Source: Mesotaenium endlicherianum
Taxonomy: Eukaryota
Assembly (NCBI GenBank): GCA_009602735.1
Contig: WELA01002336.1
Span: 11,586 to 75,202, forward strand
Length of the DNA: 63,617 bases
Direction of reading: 5' to 3'
A program made the position numbers and the translations under genes. Each line of letters starts with the position of its first letter. Within the stretch, counting starts at the first letter, position 1. The notes under the pieces are model-generated. The model saw nothing but the letters and a program-made list of their open reading frames with translations, was not told where the DNA came from and made no database searches. This document shows positions 38,501 through 50,733 of the stretch, in pieces.

Positions 38501-40781
38501 TGCCTGTGTGCGTGCATGCGTGCAGGGATTGCCGCCGTCATTCTTGTCAAGGAATTCCTCCGCTTCCAGGAGGTATGCTGCGCCGCACCTCAGCCCACTT
38601 TCCCTCCCTCCCTCCCCCCCTCCACCCCCTGACCGTCTTTTCTTGCCTGCCCAACTCCGTCNNNNNNNNNNNNNNNNNNNNNNNNNNNNNNNNNNNNNNN
38701 NNNNNNNNNNNNNNNNNNNNNNNNNNNNNNNNNNNNNNNNNNNNNNNNNNNNNNNNNNNNNNNNNNNNNNNNNNNNNNNNNNNNNNNNNNNNNNNNNNNN
38801 NNNNNNNNNNNNNNNNNNNNNNNNNNNNNNNNNNNNNNNNNNNNNNNNNNNNNNNNNNNNNNNNNNNNNNNNNNNNNNNNNNNNNNNNNNNNNNNNNNNN
38901 NNNNNNNNNNNNNNNNNNNNNNNNNNNNNNNNNNNNNNNNNNNNNNNNNNNNNNNNNNNNNNNNNNNNNNNNNNNNNNNNNNNNNNNNNNNNNNNNNNNN
39001 NNNNNNNNNNNNNNNNNNNNNNNNNNNNNNNNNNNNNNNNNNNNNNNNNNNNNNNNNNNNNNNNNNNNNNNNNNNNNNNNNNNNNNNNNNNNNNNNNNNN
39101 NNNNNNNNNNNNNNNNNNNNNNNNNNNNNNNNNNNNNNNNNNNNNNNNNNNNNNNNNNNNNNNNNNNNNNNNNNNNNNNNNNNNNNNNNNNNNNNNNNNN
39201 NNNNNNNNNNNNNNNNNNNNNNNNNNNNNNNNNNNNNNNNNNNNCCCCCCCCTTACCCTGCTCTTGATTTTGCTGCCTCTCTCGTTTCCTCCCTCCCTCC
39301 ATCCATTCATCCCTACCTCCCTTTGCCTGCTCTGATGTCTCGTCTGCTCGTCCCGACTTGGAGTCTTCACACTGTTATGTGGTGCAGTGCTCCGTAAATT
39401 ATCCCCACGGTGGCACTTTGTGCTGGCCAGTTGTCTCCCTGAAGCATCGTGACTTCGTTGACATTGACACATATGGCTGTCAAATGTGGGCTCTCTTTGT
39501 TGCTTGTAACGTCTATGCGCGCAGACTCGGGCTATCTTTCCCACCGGCCTTCTTGTACTGCTCAGGTGCACCCCTATACTCCCCCTTGTGGCGCACGCAC
39601 ACGCACACATACACAATATACACACATGGCACACGATGCACACACACACGCACACACATGCACGATATACACACACATGTACACACGTGCGCACGCACAT
39701 GAACACACAAGTCACCTACTCGAGCAGACTTTGGTATCAGCACCAACTCTGAGCACGAGTTCTTGCTCTCAGTTCGTTGCTTGGCTCACAGTTCCTGTAG
39801 TATGGAGGATGCTGGTTGCGCCCTCGTGTTGGGTGAGTGATGCATCTGTTGGGGAAGAGAAGGGGGGGAGGGGGAAGGGGGGGCAAGGGGGGGGAAGAAT
39901 ACGCTCGCAAGGGTGCCGGGGGTGGGGGCAAAGAGAAGGGTACGCGCATTGTGAAAGCTCGTCCGCAAGCTTGCCTCATCTACTGATATCTGCATTTGGG
40001 TGATGATGCTCTTCATATCCTGGCTGTCAATGATGGGATGATTTATGTCGCATTTGGTAGAGTAGGGCTCTAATACGTAAAGAGCCTCATTGTTTTTTGT
40101 GCTAAAAGGTTTATTAGATCCTCTTGGAGTATCTGAGCTCCTGGGCCGCATCCTTGTAGGCGCTGGCTCGGATTTGATGCACTTTTCTAATGTAAAAGCA
40201 ATTGTGTAGCCGTCGTGGTGCCTCTTCTTGTTGCGTGCCTTTTTGTTGGCCCGCTTGTAAGGTGGTAGTCTCCTCACGGCTGCCACTTGGCATCTGCGCC
40301 TTTTCTGTGGAAATCTCTCATGAAATAGCCGCGGTCAGGAGGGAGATGCATGGATGTGCATCATCACCATACCCTCACGCGATTTCTTGGGTCCAGCATG
40401 ATGTTTGTGCGAGATGGAGTGCAGTGGTTGCAGCTGCTCTACAGATTGCTTGTTATTGGCAAGTATGAATGCCTGTGCCTGATCTGATGGATGACCCTAG
40501 GGTTGATATCAGGCAGCGGGCAGACAAAACACACAGATTATAAATCAAGAAAGTGCTTGGCAAAAGTCTGCAAGGCTGGTTGCACATGGCCGAACGCATG
40601 ATGGTTGGTGGTACTCGTCATGTGTGTAGTCATTTGTGGTTTGAAAGCATGCTGTTGTCAATTTGCTATTGTTCCTTGGTGCAGTCTCGGCCTGTTGGGT
40701 TTCTACGCCTATAACATCAGCTCTGGTGGCAACCCCCCCAAGAAGGTGAAGGCGGAGGTCGAGGCCGCTACATCATCGTGA
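35521..40781 (+). CDS. FAX: Plastid FATTY ACID EXPORT protein (TMEM14 family), long type with helical N-terminal insert, ~384 aa
   Basis: Exons 35521-35760, 36101-36662, 37638-37805, 38526-38572, 39525-39565, 40685-40781 (1155 nt, in frame). Transit-peptide-like N terminus (..VVKAS), charged helical segment, MHDFCLGIPYGALLLVGG, LRFGAVLG, IFPTG, and C-terminal FYAYNISSGGNPPKK. Confidence 0.9.
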
Positions 40782-41650
40782 CCGCTGATTTCTGATCAGC
40801 GATCGATAGGATGTGGTCACCTGGTAACACGCTTGGTATGTTACGGAGTCGTGAGATCACGAGGACACCACGTTTTGAGGGTGTTCTACAGGGCACAGTT
40901 TTGTGGAAGTAAACATAGTCTATAAGTTGCCAGGTCCTTGGGCCATCAGTTTTGTCGTGACAATACAGCGAGGTCAAGATGTATGCCCTTTAGGGTTGCT
41001 CAAGATGTAAAATTTTGGACTTGCAAATAAGAGCGAAGTGTGGCCAGCCTCAGGCAGACGTTCTACAGTGATAATAATAATGAGAGCGTACACAATGTGT
41101 CTGTCCATCGAGGCATACTAGCTGGTTTGTGTTGTTAAAACAGTAGAGCTACCTAGCTACGTCACTTAGGTGACTTCGACAACTTGCAGCTCACTGCAGG
41201 GAATAAAGCTTACTTCTCTGTTCCTCAATGTAAGCACAAGAAACACATTGCAACCAAGTGATGCAACCAAGCTGTGAATCTGAGAGCACATGCGCTTGAA
41301 GCCAAATTTCCACCTTGACGATGCGTGGCTATGTTTGGGTATGCATGCAGCAGGAACGTACGACACTAAACATATGAGCAGCCTTGCAAAATGGCTGAGA
41401 CTAACCTTTGAAAGAACTACTTATCTGTGCCAACATTGCGGCATAATAATACATCCAACTGAAAGTGCAAACATATACCTTCAATACCCTGAGCTTCAGA
41501 CAGGTGCATCTGCCAACACGCTTTCCCGTTTTATGTACACAGACACTAACCTCGTCTCACAGCTTCAATGAGGTGCCAAAGAAGCTCAGCTCAGCTAACC
41601 CCTGTAAAGCTTACTGCTATCTATATCTCCATTTCACAAATCGAGCCAGT

Positions 41651-43271
41651 CTATGAGAGCTTGACCTCGACGTCGACTCCTGCGGGCAAATCGAGCTGCA
41701 TGAGAGCATCGATGGTTTGGGCGTTGGGGTTGATCAGGTCGATCATACGCTTGTGAGTTCTAATCTCAAAGTGCTCTCTTGAATCTTTGTCAACGTGGGG
41801 AGAGCGAAGCAGACAGTAAATTCTCCGGTGGGTGGGCAGGGGCACAGGTCCCATAGTCTCTGCCCCAGTGTTCTTAGCAGCCTCCAGGATCTGCTCGGTA
41901 GCCTGCCTGATCAGTTTTGTCCAGTATGAACGCAACTTGATCCTGATCTTCTGCTTGGGAACAGCCTGCATGGAAAAAGAAGAAAAAGAACACACCAGCA
42001 AGCCGTCGAGAGAGGACAACAATAGACCAACAACTTAGACAAGTGTGCTACTGAACGTAGTGCCTGAGAGGTTTAAAAAGCATACAAGGTCAAAAACGGC
42101 TCTAACACACAGTTGACATGTTGATTGTCAACCCTCACATAAATCGTACAAAGAGCACAATCTCCGTCTGGTCATGGCCCAAGAACCCTTAAGCAGGAAG
42201 CTGCAGCCCTCTGAAAACAGGAGAAAACACCTAGCGCTCATATGTCTCGGAACTCACTGTAGCATGGAAGTAGAAGAGATTGTCAATTGCACAAGGGACT
42301 TGTCTGGCACATAAAACACCCCCATTACTTAGAGGCCTGGCTCGTTCAGGAATACAGTGTAAACCTTCTTGTTATGCGCTATGCAGCCGTCCCTTTCTTT
42401 CATAGCCAATCACGTTGTTGCCTCAAGTCCCATTTCTTATTTTACCACCAGAGTGAAACGATGAGGGCTGCTTGACGAATGCCCATTGCATAGGTCATCA
42501 AATCTGTAGCCCAAACCCGGCTACGTGGTTTGTTCAAGACTCCTCCATACTGTAGGTCCTTATACAGATGGTGAAGGTGAAAAGTCATGCATTGGGAAGT
42601 GTTTTATGAAGCCAGTCCTTCAGCACAAAATGATGCATCAAGCTTCTCCCTTCTCTCAGCATCATTTTCACATGCCCCAATGTTGCCCTTCAAAAAACTA
42701 TCTTCACAGTGCGCCAATAGGATGCTTGTAGTACATTCACAGCCACTAAACTGTATATCTAGTCATACTAGCAAGGAAAAAGATACAGGTAGAGACCAAT
42801 AAAGATATATGCAAGCCAGAAATGGTTCTTCAAGCATAAGGGACTTGTAGGTGATAGCGAACGGGTAAGTAGACCCGTACAGGTGCAGATGCAGCCGCTG
42901 CCCTAACACTAAATTGTCTCTCCCTGTTAACCGAGAAGCCTGCCGACGAAGTTCCCCGGCTCTCAGGCTTCTCCGCCCGCAGTCCCTGGAAGGCCGCAAG
43001 AGGAGTGTTGCTCTGCACACGAAACACCATTGCCATTTATAAGGAATACACATTCAAAAGCAGCCGTTCTCCACTATTCCTATACCGTCCAGTAGAAGCC
43101 CGGTAGAAGAGAACAAGCACCGAGCCTTCAGAAAGTGATTACAAGCAGCATTCCTTTTACCTTAATGCAGACCGAACGGGCACGGGTGGCTGAAAAAGAT
43201 GAGAAGGAAGCGGGCCTCAGCTCTGAGATTGCTACAGTGGAGGTAGAGGCAATGCAAGCCATGGCCGCCAT
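41651..43271 (-). CDS. PRPS10: Nuclear-encoded plastid 30S ribosomal protein S10 (uS10c), ~185 aa
   Basis: Exons 43271-43161, 43012-42881, 41965-41651. Ser/Ala-rich transit peptide followed by [52 protein letters not shown]. An extra small middle exon cannot be excluded. Confidence 0.92.
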
Positions 43272-44192
43272 GGCTACAAGAAGAACTTCCAACACGCGTA
43301 AGAATGCAGCAAAACTATTAACAGGCTAGTAGCGGGGCTAAAGGGCGTTCGAAGGCTGGGAAAATCTGGTGTATCGTGAAGGGTTCAGGTTTAGGGTCCC
43401 AGCTCGTACGGGGGAGGCTCGTCATATTTTGCGTTGATCATGGACCACATTGCTCACATAAACCTAGATGAAGCACAGTGGGAGCATGGTGGAGCATGGT
43501 GGAGCATGGTGGAGCACGACGATGCCATAGACGTGAACGTGTACGGAAAGTTACAGGGGCCACCATCATGTACGAAGTGTAATTTGGTAATTTGAGTTTA
43601 GGCTGAAGCAACATCGATATCAGTCGGTGTCACGGCGGTTTGTGAACGATCGTGAACTGTTGTGATGTAACCAGTTATAAGGTGGAAGCCTGCATGGTGT
43701 CAAGTCTGGTCAAGTCTTGTCAGCAAGATGGCAACCGACTTCTGTCAGCACTACCGTTTCCGTCAGCGCCCGTCTTGTTGGCTGAATGCGGGCTGAATCA
43801 GGCTGACTGGTGCTGAAATGCCTCTAAAATGTGAATATAGCACTGAAGCACACGAGGGCCAAGTGGGGCCAAGCCACAAGGGACGAAGTCGCGAGACACG
43901 AGAAAACTGGACTACGTGTGCATGCGAGGTGCATGAGGGGCACTGAGCTGGACATATGACAGTACTTTTAATGCCTTGATGCAGTTAGATTGAATCACGT
44001 TCATGGCTTGGGTTTTGTCTTTTTATACGTTTTGTATGCATGATAGTCTCTCCGGGCGCGCTCCGTTTTCGAGCTTGTGTAAATAGTCTTCTGGTTTCTT
44101 AAATGAGCACTCGTGCTTTTCCGATAGCTTCTGAGCTTCGGAACTTGCGATAAAAATTGCAACATTCGATAAATGTGGGCTTCATAGTTTGT
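43272..44192. promoter_or_regulatory. Probable bidirectional promoter (PRPS10 / PIMT) with 10-bp tandem motifs
   Basis: Divergent ATGs ~0.9-1.0 kb apart. (GGAGCATGGT)3 at 43481-43510. Telo-box-like GGTTTAGGGT at 43388-43397 close to the ribosomal-protein gene. Confidence 0.5.
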
Positions 44193-44282
44193 ATGTTCAA
44201 AGTGGTGTCCATTCAGAAGACGCTATTGTTGGGTGGAAGGGGAAGCTTCTTGCTAAGAGGCACGCAACGAAGCGTGGTCAAT

Positions 44283-46328
44283 ATGAGCTGGAGAAGTCAT
44301 GGACGAGATAACGATGACATGGTTGACCAGCTTCAACGTGAGCTGCTAAGACGAGGCATTAGAATTCGCGAGGCTGAATTACTCACGAGTCAAGTTTTGA
44401 GGGCATTGAACGGTTATGTGAGTGGCTATTTTTCTTGGCAGATATTAGAGTATCCAATCCTCAACAGGATCTACAGCTGAGTTTTCTCACTTGCACGTGG
44501 GCCCTTTCAGGCAATGGCATCCTTGCTTCGACGAGAGGAGCAGATGCCATGCGCAAAATAGACCGCGGCCTGTTTGTACTGGACAAAGGGAATGCATATG
44601 AAGACTCGCCTCAACCTATAGGTATTTGCTACTCATTGGCAGCTACCATCCCCCTTTCGTCTCATATTAATAATTTTTTTGCTCGTACTGCCATTTGTAG
44701 AAACGTTACTTTGGTTATAACATAGCCTTCGTCTGTTATAATGTTTGTTCAGCTTTGGTACTATTGACTTGCTGTTTTGATGCAAACTCTATGCACTGCT
44801 CCCATCACCTTGTAGGCGACCTCCTCGTGCAAGAAAATTTATGCTGCCTAGTATCAATTATGCAGGTGACCTTGAGACAGCAGAGTGCTTGTCTTGTCCT
44901 CGACCGGAGCTCTATTTCTTTATATGGCTGATTGTGGTTCTGTGGAGTGCAGGTTTCAACGCAACCATCTCAGCGCCTCATATGGTAAGCGGATTAGTTA
45001 CACCATGTCATGACCATCCATATAGTGTAGCGAGACATATAAGCTGCGACCTGTTTATACTCCGTCAACTTTGTACAGCTTTCTTTTCAGACGTCTACTA
45101 AAAGCTCATACAGCAGCTATGAGGAAATCAAGGTGGTGATTTCTATTTCAAGTTTTACATTGAATTCCATCTCTTCTTTGGTGCTGAAAGTTTTATGTCG
45201 TTGTAGTGAAGTGTCATTCCGTACGAACCATTGATATGGGTACCAAATGCATGATGTGCTCCTGGCATGATGCAGCATGGCTACTGCCTGTCCCTGCTGG
45301 ACGACCATCTGAAGCCCGGAATGAGCGTTCTGGATATTGGCTCGGGCTCTGGCTACTTGACTGCTGTCATGGCATTGATGGTACACCTCCCTGACCCCCG
45401 CTCCCCCCTCTACTTTAAAGGCACGGAGTGAAGAATTTGTTCCCCCTTTGTGTGTCTCTTGCACTCTCGCTGCGTGTATTTATTCTATTAAGATTGCTGG
45501 TGCAAGTGTTGGTGAGTGTGAAGGATGTTGTCAACAAATGCGAGCAAGGTCTTGCTGGGACTGAAAAATTAAGTGGGCAGATGGCGTGGGCACATCAGCA
45601 GGCTGGTTGCCATCTCTAAATATTATGTGGTAAACCGTCAACCTAAAGACAAAAACTACTGTGAAGAAGTCTACTATCATGCTGTACTTCTCCACCTGAT
45701 GTCATGCATGGACAATACTGTCAGCATGGTGTCAGCATCGTGCACTAGGAATTTATTGACGGCTTCAATATGGATAATTGGAGAACAACGAAGGATACGT
45801 AGCAATTATTGTACTTCCGGTTTTTGTCGACTTGCTCATGAAGGCTGAAGGGTAATAATAAAGAGAAAGGTTGTGGACTGATAGCGAGACGAGTACATTA
45901 TTCTGACAACGGCGTTGTTTTTTTTGAGCCAACTGTCTACATTGAACTTGGGACACCATCAGTCGTGCACCTAATTTTTTCACCTAAATCACATCAGCAT
46001 GGCACTGAAAGTGGTTGGAGATCAGCAAAATGACACGAGCTCAACCATGGCATGTGATGAGATTCTGTTTTTTATTCTCCCAAAATTGTCACGCATGGTA
46101 CGAATCTCGTCCAGCCTGTGGAGTTCATATCTGACCACGTTGCACCTGGCTGGGCCTTGGGCAGGTGGGTGACACAGGTAAAGCGATAGGTGTGGAGCAC
46201 ATCCCACAGCTGGTCCAGTCCTCCATCGTGGCTGTGAAGAAAAGCAAAGCTGCTCCACTTCTCGCCTCTGGCCACCTTCAGCTACTAGGTGTGCACTCCC
46301 GCTCCCCCTCTCTCTCTCCCTATCCCTG

Positions 46329-46413
<85 letters not shown>

Positions 46414-47015
46414 TGAATGTCATAGGCGCGAATCGCTCTTGTTTCTTGATGTATGTGCAAGTGTGCAATGGTTGGGGACGGGGGAAGTGGGGGAGGGGGA
46501 CCATTCACCTTGTGTGCAAATATCTTTGCTGTTTGGCCCTGCCTGGCTGATGTAGTTTCCCGCTGCATGCGGACGCGCATGCCCGTTTCTGGGCCTCCTT
46601 CAAGCCCCAAGCTTTTGTATGAGCAGAGCACTAGACCCCTCTTATCTCACTTTCTGAGAGCCTCTCTTCAAATTGGCTTAAAAATGTTTCGTCCGCAAGC
46701 ACCAGCTGGCACCCTAAGCCAGCCGATGTCAACTCAAGTCTCAGTTAGTAGAGACTGGCCTGGTGGTGAGCAGAAGCTCAGGTCAAACAGTGTCCACCTC
46801 GCCTAGTGCTTGAGTTGAGTGCTGAGAGAACGCCTGGGGGGGGACCAGAGCTGGTGCATGTAGCGGAACAGTCTCGGCCTAGACCTTGAGTGCAGTCGGG
46901 TGAAAAGCGGCGGGGGGGGAGCAGAAGCTGATGGGCGAGTGGGATACGCGGAGGGAGCGCCGTATGACGCCATACACGTCGGCGCCGCCGCTCGCGGTCA
47001 GTCTCGTTCCCTTGA

Positions 47016-47108
<93 letters not shown>

Positions 47109-48672
47109 NATTTCTCCTCTTGTAGCCCTCCCTCCCCCTTCCCACTGAGTCGTGTGTGCAGCGCTTGTGAAAACCTGCTCTCTTCTTGCGCTCGATTTCT
47201 GCCACCCCGGTCACTCGACCGTGCCCTTGCACTTTCTTCTCCTACTAGTCTCTTCTTCCTCCTCCTGCTTGTGACAGTCTTCAGTTATCTGATTCTTCAG
47301 TCCTTCCAGCTCTGCGGGGGCTCTATGAGATATTAAGTCGTTCTTGCTTGCACGCAGAGAGCGCTGTGTTCTCGCAAGTGTGGGGAGTGCTTTTCTGTCT
47401 AACTTTGAGGAGACGGTCTCTGCGTGGCTGTGGCTGTGGCTGGGAAGGGAAGGGAATGCGTTTTTCTTCTGGCAAACGGCAAAAAAGAAGGGCCAGAGAT
47501 GCAGGGCCAGCCGGTACTAAGGTGTAGCCTTTTAGGAAGGAAGCAAGCCCTTTTGTTCTAAGTTCTGCATGTTGGAGCACTTATTGTGTGGCGTCCTGCT
47601 CTAGGTAGGTGGGCCGGGATGTAAATTCCAACGTTGCGTTTGAAAAAGGTGCATGGGCACCTTTGCCTCTTTTTCTGGTCCTGATGTGCCGGCGGGCGAC
47701 GAGCGGGCCACGGGCGACTGGGCGGGCGAGCGGAGCTGCCATTCATGCTCAATTCTTGTAGTATTTGCGTTCTGTTTTTTGGTTGCGAGCGGTTGACTGG
47801 GGGGGCCCGCAGAGCTTCCGCAAGAGCTTGTGGACCAGCTCAAGCCAGGCGGGCGCCTTGTCATCCCCGTGGGTTCGCTCTTCCAGGTGGGTCCCACCTC
47901 CTCTTTTTCAGGGTCTCGCACTCGGCCGTCACAATTCATCTCCCCCGTCTCTTCCATGGATGGCTGTCTCTTTCCCGTCTCATGATGAATCCGAACAATG
48001 ATGCGCCTCTGGCTGGGCTTGTCAGCTAGTTGTCATTGTTCAACTGCATTCAACCGATGCCAAAACATGGAGTGTACGTTTGCTGGGTGGTGCTGACTTG
48101 CAGCACTCGAGTTTGCTCTTCATTTTTTTGTGGGCCCGGTGCATTGGAATATCTATGTGTGTGTGTGTGCGTGTGTTTTTTTGGTTTGGGGGGGGGGGGN
48201 NNNNNNNNNNNNNNNNNNGGGGGGGGGGGTACGTTTGTGTTCTGTGTGTATATGTGCATCTTGGCATGCGTGTTCGCATACTCTCGTGTACTGTATGCGA
48301 CAACCCCACATGTGCATGTCATGCACTCGCTAGCAATGGTGCTTCAGCGGCAGCAACGCCCCGTGGTGGCCCTTCGTCAGCATCTGCCAGCGATGACTTC
48401 TTCGAAGAGTGATGGCGGCGTCTGTTGCATTGTCGTGATTAAGTGTTGTGCTGTATCGGCGGATGCGGCACCTGTAATTTGTGGAGCACTGGCAGCCACT
48501 CCCCTTGAGTGCTTCCTTCCTTCTCCTCATTCTTTGATCATCTTGACTGTGAGCTCTGCAGGCTTTGGAGGTTCTCGACAAGAAGGCTGATGGCAAAGTG
48601 GAGCGGAAGTCGGCCATGGATGTGCGCTATGTCCCCCTCACTGCCCGCGAGAAGCAGCTTGCACCTGTCTGA
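44283..48672 (+). CDS. PIMT: Protein-L-isoaspartate O-methyltransferase (~227 aa; possible 30-aa N-terminal extension from ATG 44193)
   Basis: Exons 44283-44337, 44511-44621, 44953-44984, 45276-45380, 46165-46288, 46925-46996, 47813-47886, 48562-48672 (684 nt, in frame). Motifs MSWRSHG, AYEDSPQPIGFNATISAPHMH, LDIGSGSGYLTA, GVEHIPQLV, DGRVGY..APYDAIHVGAAA, QLKPGGRLVIPVG, VRYVPLT. Confidence 0.95.
47018..47108 (+). repeat. ~91-nt poly-C tract in PIMT intron 6
   Basis: Read directly; begins 21 nt after the 5' splice site. Confidence 0.9.
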
Positions 48673-50733
48673 CGCTGTGAGCGGGGCTTGATGACAGATG
48701 TCTCTGCCTGAGGACCCTAGTCCCTCTTGTCACCTCTTTGTATATAGGCACCAGGGCTGGTGCAGGTGTGGGCAATCCGTGTGAGGACAGTGTAGTAGTG
48801 TAGTAGCAATGGATGCTAGGAACAAGTATTTGAGGGGCTAGCTTCTGCTGCAGGTTGTCATCTGACGAAAGAGTGGGCATCTATGGCCTGAGCAGCTGCT
48901 GCTTTGTCGGGGAACTTTGAAACGTGTGAGATCGTAATTAGCATTGTTACTGTACATAGTGTCCGTAGATCTTGTCCATCCGAGACGTCTAACTGTTGAG
49001 TACAAGGATTAGCAGAATAAGTGTAGGTATGTGTATGTACCTATGTAGATTAGATTTACCAATAGCATTCCCTATTTGAGCTAGTGCGCTGTTGCTACTG
49101 GCTAGCTGTGATACGCTATGTGCTATCGAAGTGTTGTGAAGAGCACTCATTTAGTTAAAGCCTGCAGTTGAGCACTTTCTCCTGCTTTTGAAAGAGCAGC
49201 CGCCTGTGTAATAAGCCTGTTTAACGTCTTTAAGGTTCTACTTAGCTGTGTTTAGGTTGACTGTAGTGACATTCGAACAAGGTTATCAATGTGACGCTTG
49301 GTTGTCGTGGGTGAGTGCCCATGCAGACACAAGTAATGAAGACCTGCAGTGTGAAATCACCTCAATTCTTCAGTGGGCATTCATGCTGAGAGCTTTGCCT
49401 CCTGTCTATCTCTGGCTTGAGATACTTGCTATCGGATATATCAATGGAACAGGCTTTTTGTATTTTGTTCATGCCCAGAACTTAGAAGTACAAAAAAGTA
49501 TAAATCTTTCCACATGATCTAGCACATCCACCCTTGCTCAGATCAGTACTTGTTTATACCTTACCCCAAGCAAACTCTCAAGGTGACCAGTTCATGTACA
49601 CATTCAATCGCCTCGTGATAAGAATTTGAAGGGGACCTCGGAAAAAATTAGCCGTGCATGCAAGTCCGGCATATGTCTGACTTTTGATTGTATTTGGCAG
49701 CATGGATTTGTCCTTGAGAGGCAGGCCAAATCGATCAACGTTGCAAAATGCTTGACCATGCACAAGTCGGCAACAGCTGTACAATACACGGAGACGCCAA
49801 TGAGTCCAGTCATAGCTTCAAGAGGTATTCCAGACACGTACGAAAGCAACATAGAGGTTGGTGCTTTTTATCCAAAAGCAAGCCCTCATACATATGCTTT
49901 GAGACTTCATTGACATCAAAACTTGCAACAAGAAGCCTTTGTATCAAGCCACAACTGCCGGGCAGCTGGGTTGGCTTATTAAATATACGAATGAAAGAAT
50001 GATGGGGTATGAACATTGGCAATCTATTGCCAATCAAAGAATTAATGAATTGTTGGTGGAGAGAAAATACATCTCCTTCAGTTCCCTGTAGAGAAGGCAA
50101 ATATGCCTTCCAGACAAGGAAAAGGTCTGCATACTTCTATCGCAATCCTTGCAAACACCCCCACCACCGCTGGAAATTGCCAGCGAAAGGGGGTGGCAGG
50201 AGCTCAGTCCGACAAAAATATTGGAACGCCCTAAGTCTCTACGTGATTTGCCGGTGCATTGAAGCAGCCGGTGTAAAAACTCTATACACAGTTGGTGTCG
50301 TAAACACTAGCTACAAAAAAAGGTTCCAAACAAGCTACAACCCTGCTGGTTTTGTGTTGTCTTTGCTTCAGCTCAGCAGGCCAAGCTGAGCGCGACATTT
50401 GACAGCCGCCTGCTGTTCCTGCTCTTCCTCCAGCACCGTGCCACCTCAGCTCCTCCATGTATCGCTGTTGCCACGCAGGCGGCTCAAAATTGCATTATTG
50501 CTAGAAATTGCTAAAATGAAAGAATCAATAAAATTTGTGTACAGGGAACCCCCTTCACAGCCGCCCCCGCATGTGACGCAAAGGCAATTCCACCGTGTAA
50601 CGTTAATGAGGAGTTTCAGCTCTGAAAGCCTGCTCGCTCCTGGAGCGCCACTTGGACGTCGATGCCACCTCGTGCTCCTCCAGGCCGCCCATCCAGCTCA
50701 TGTCATGCTCCTCCACTCTCCCCTCTGCTGCTT

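Noticed and set aside
46879..47232. Poly-Pro / poly-Gly (extensin-like) ORFs
   Set aside because: Translation of the intronic poly-C tract.
22711..48672. HOL + SDC1 + PIMT as a specialised-metabolite gene cluster
   Set aside because: PIMT is a protein-repair enzyme, SDC1 is primary metabolism, and a ribosomal protein gene is interspersed. No known pathway links them.
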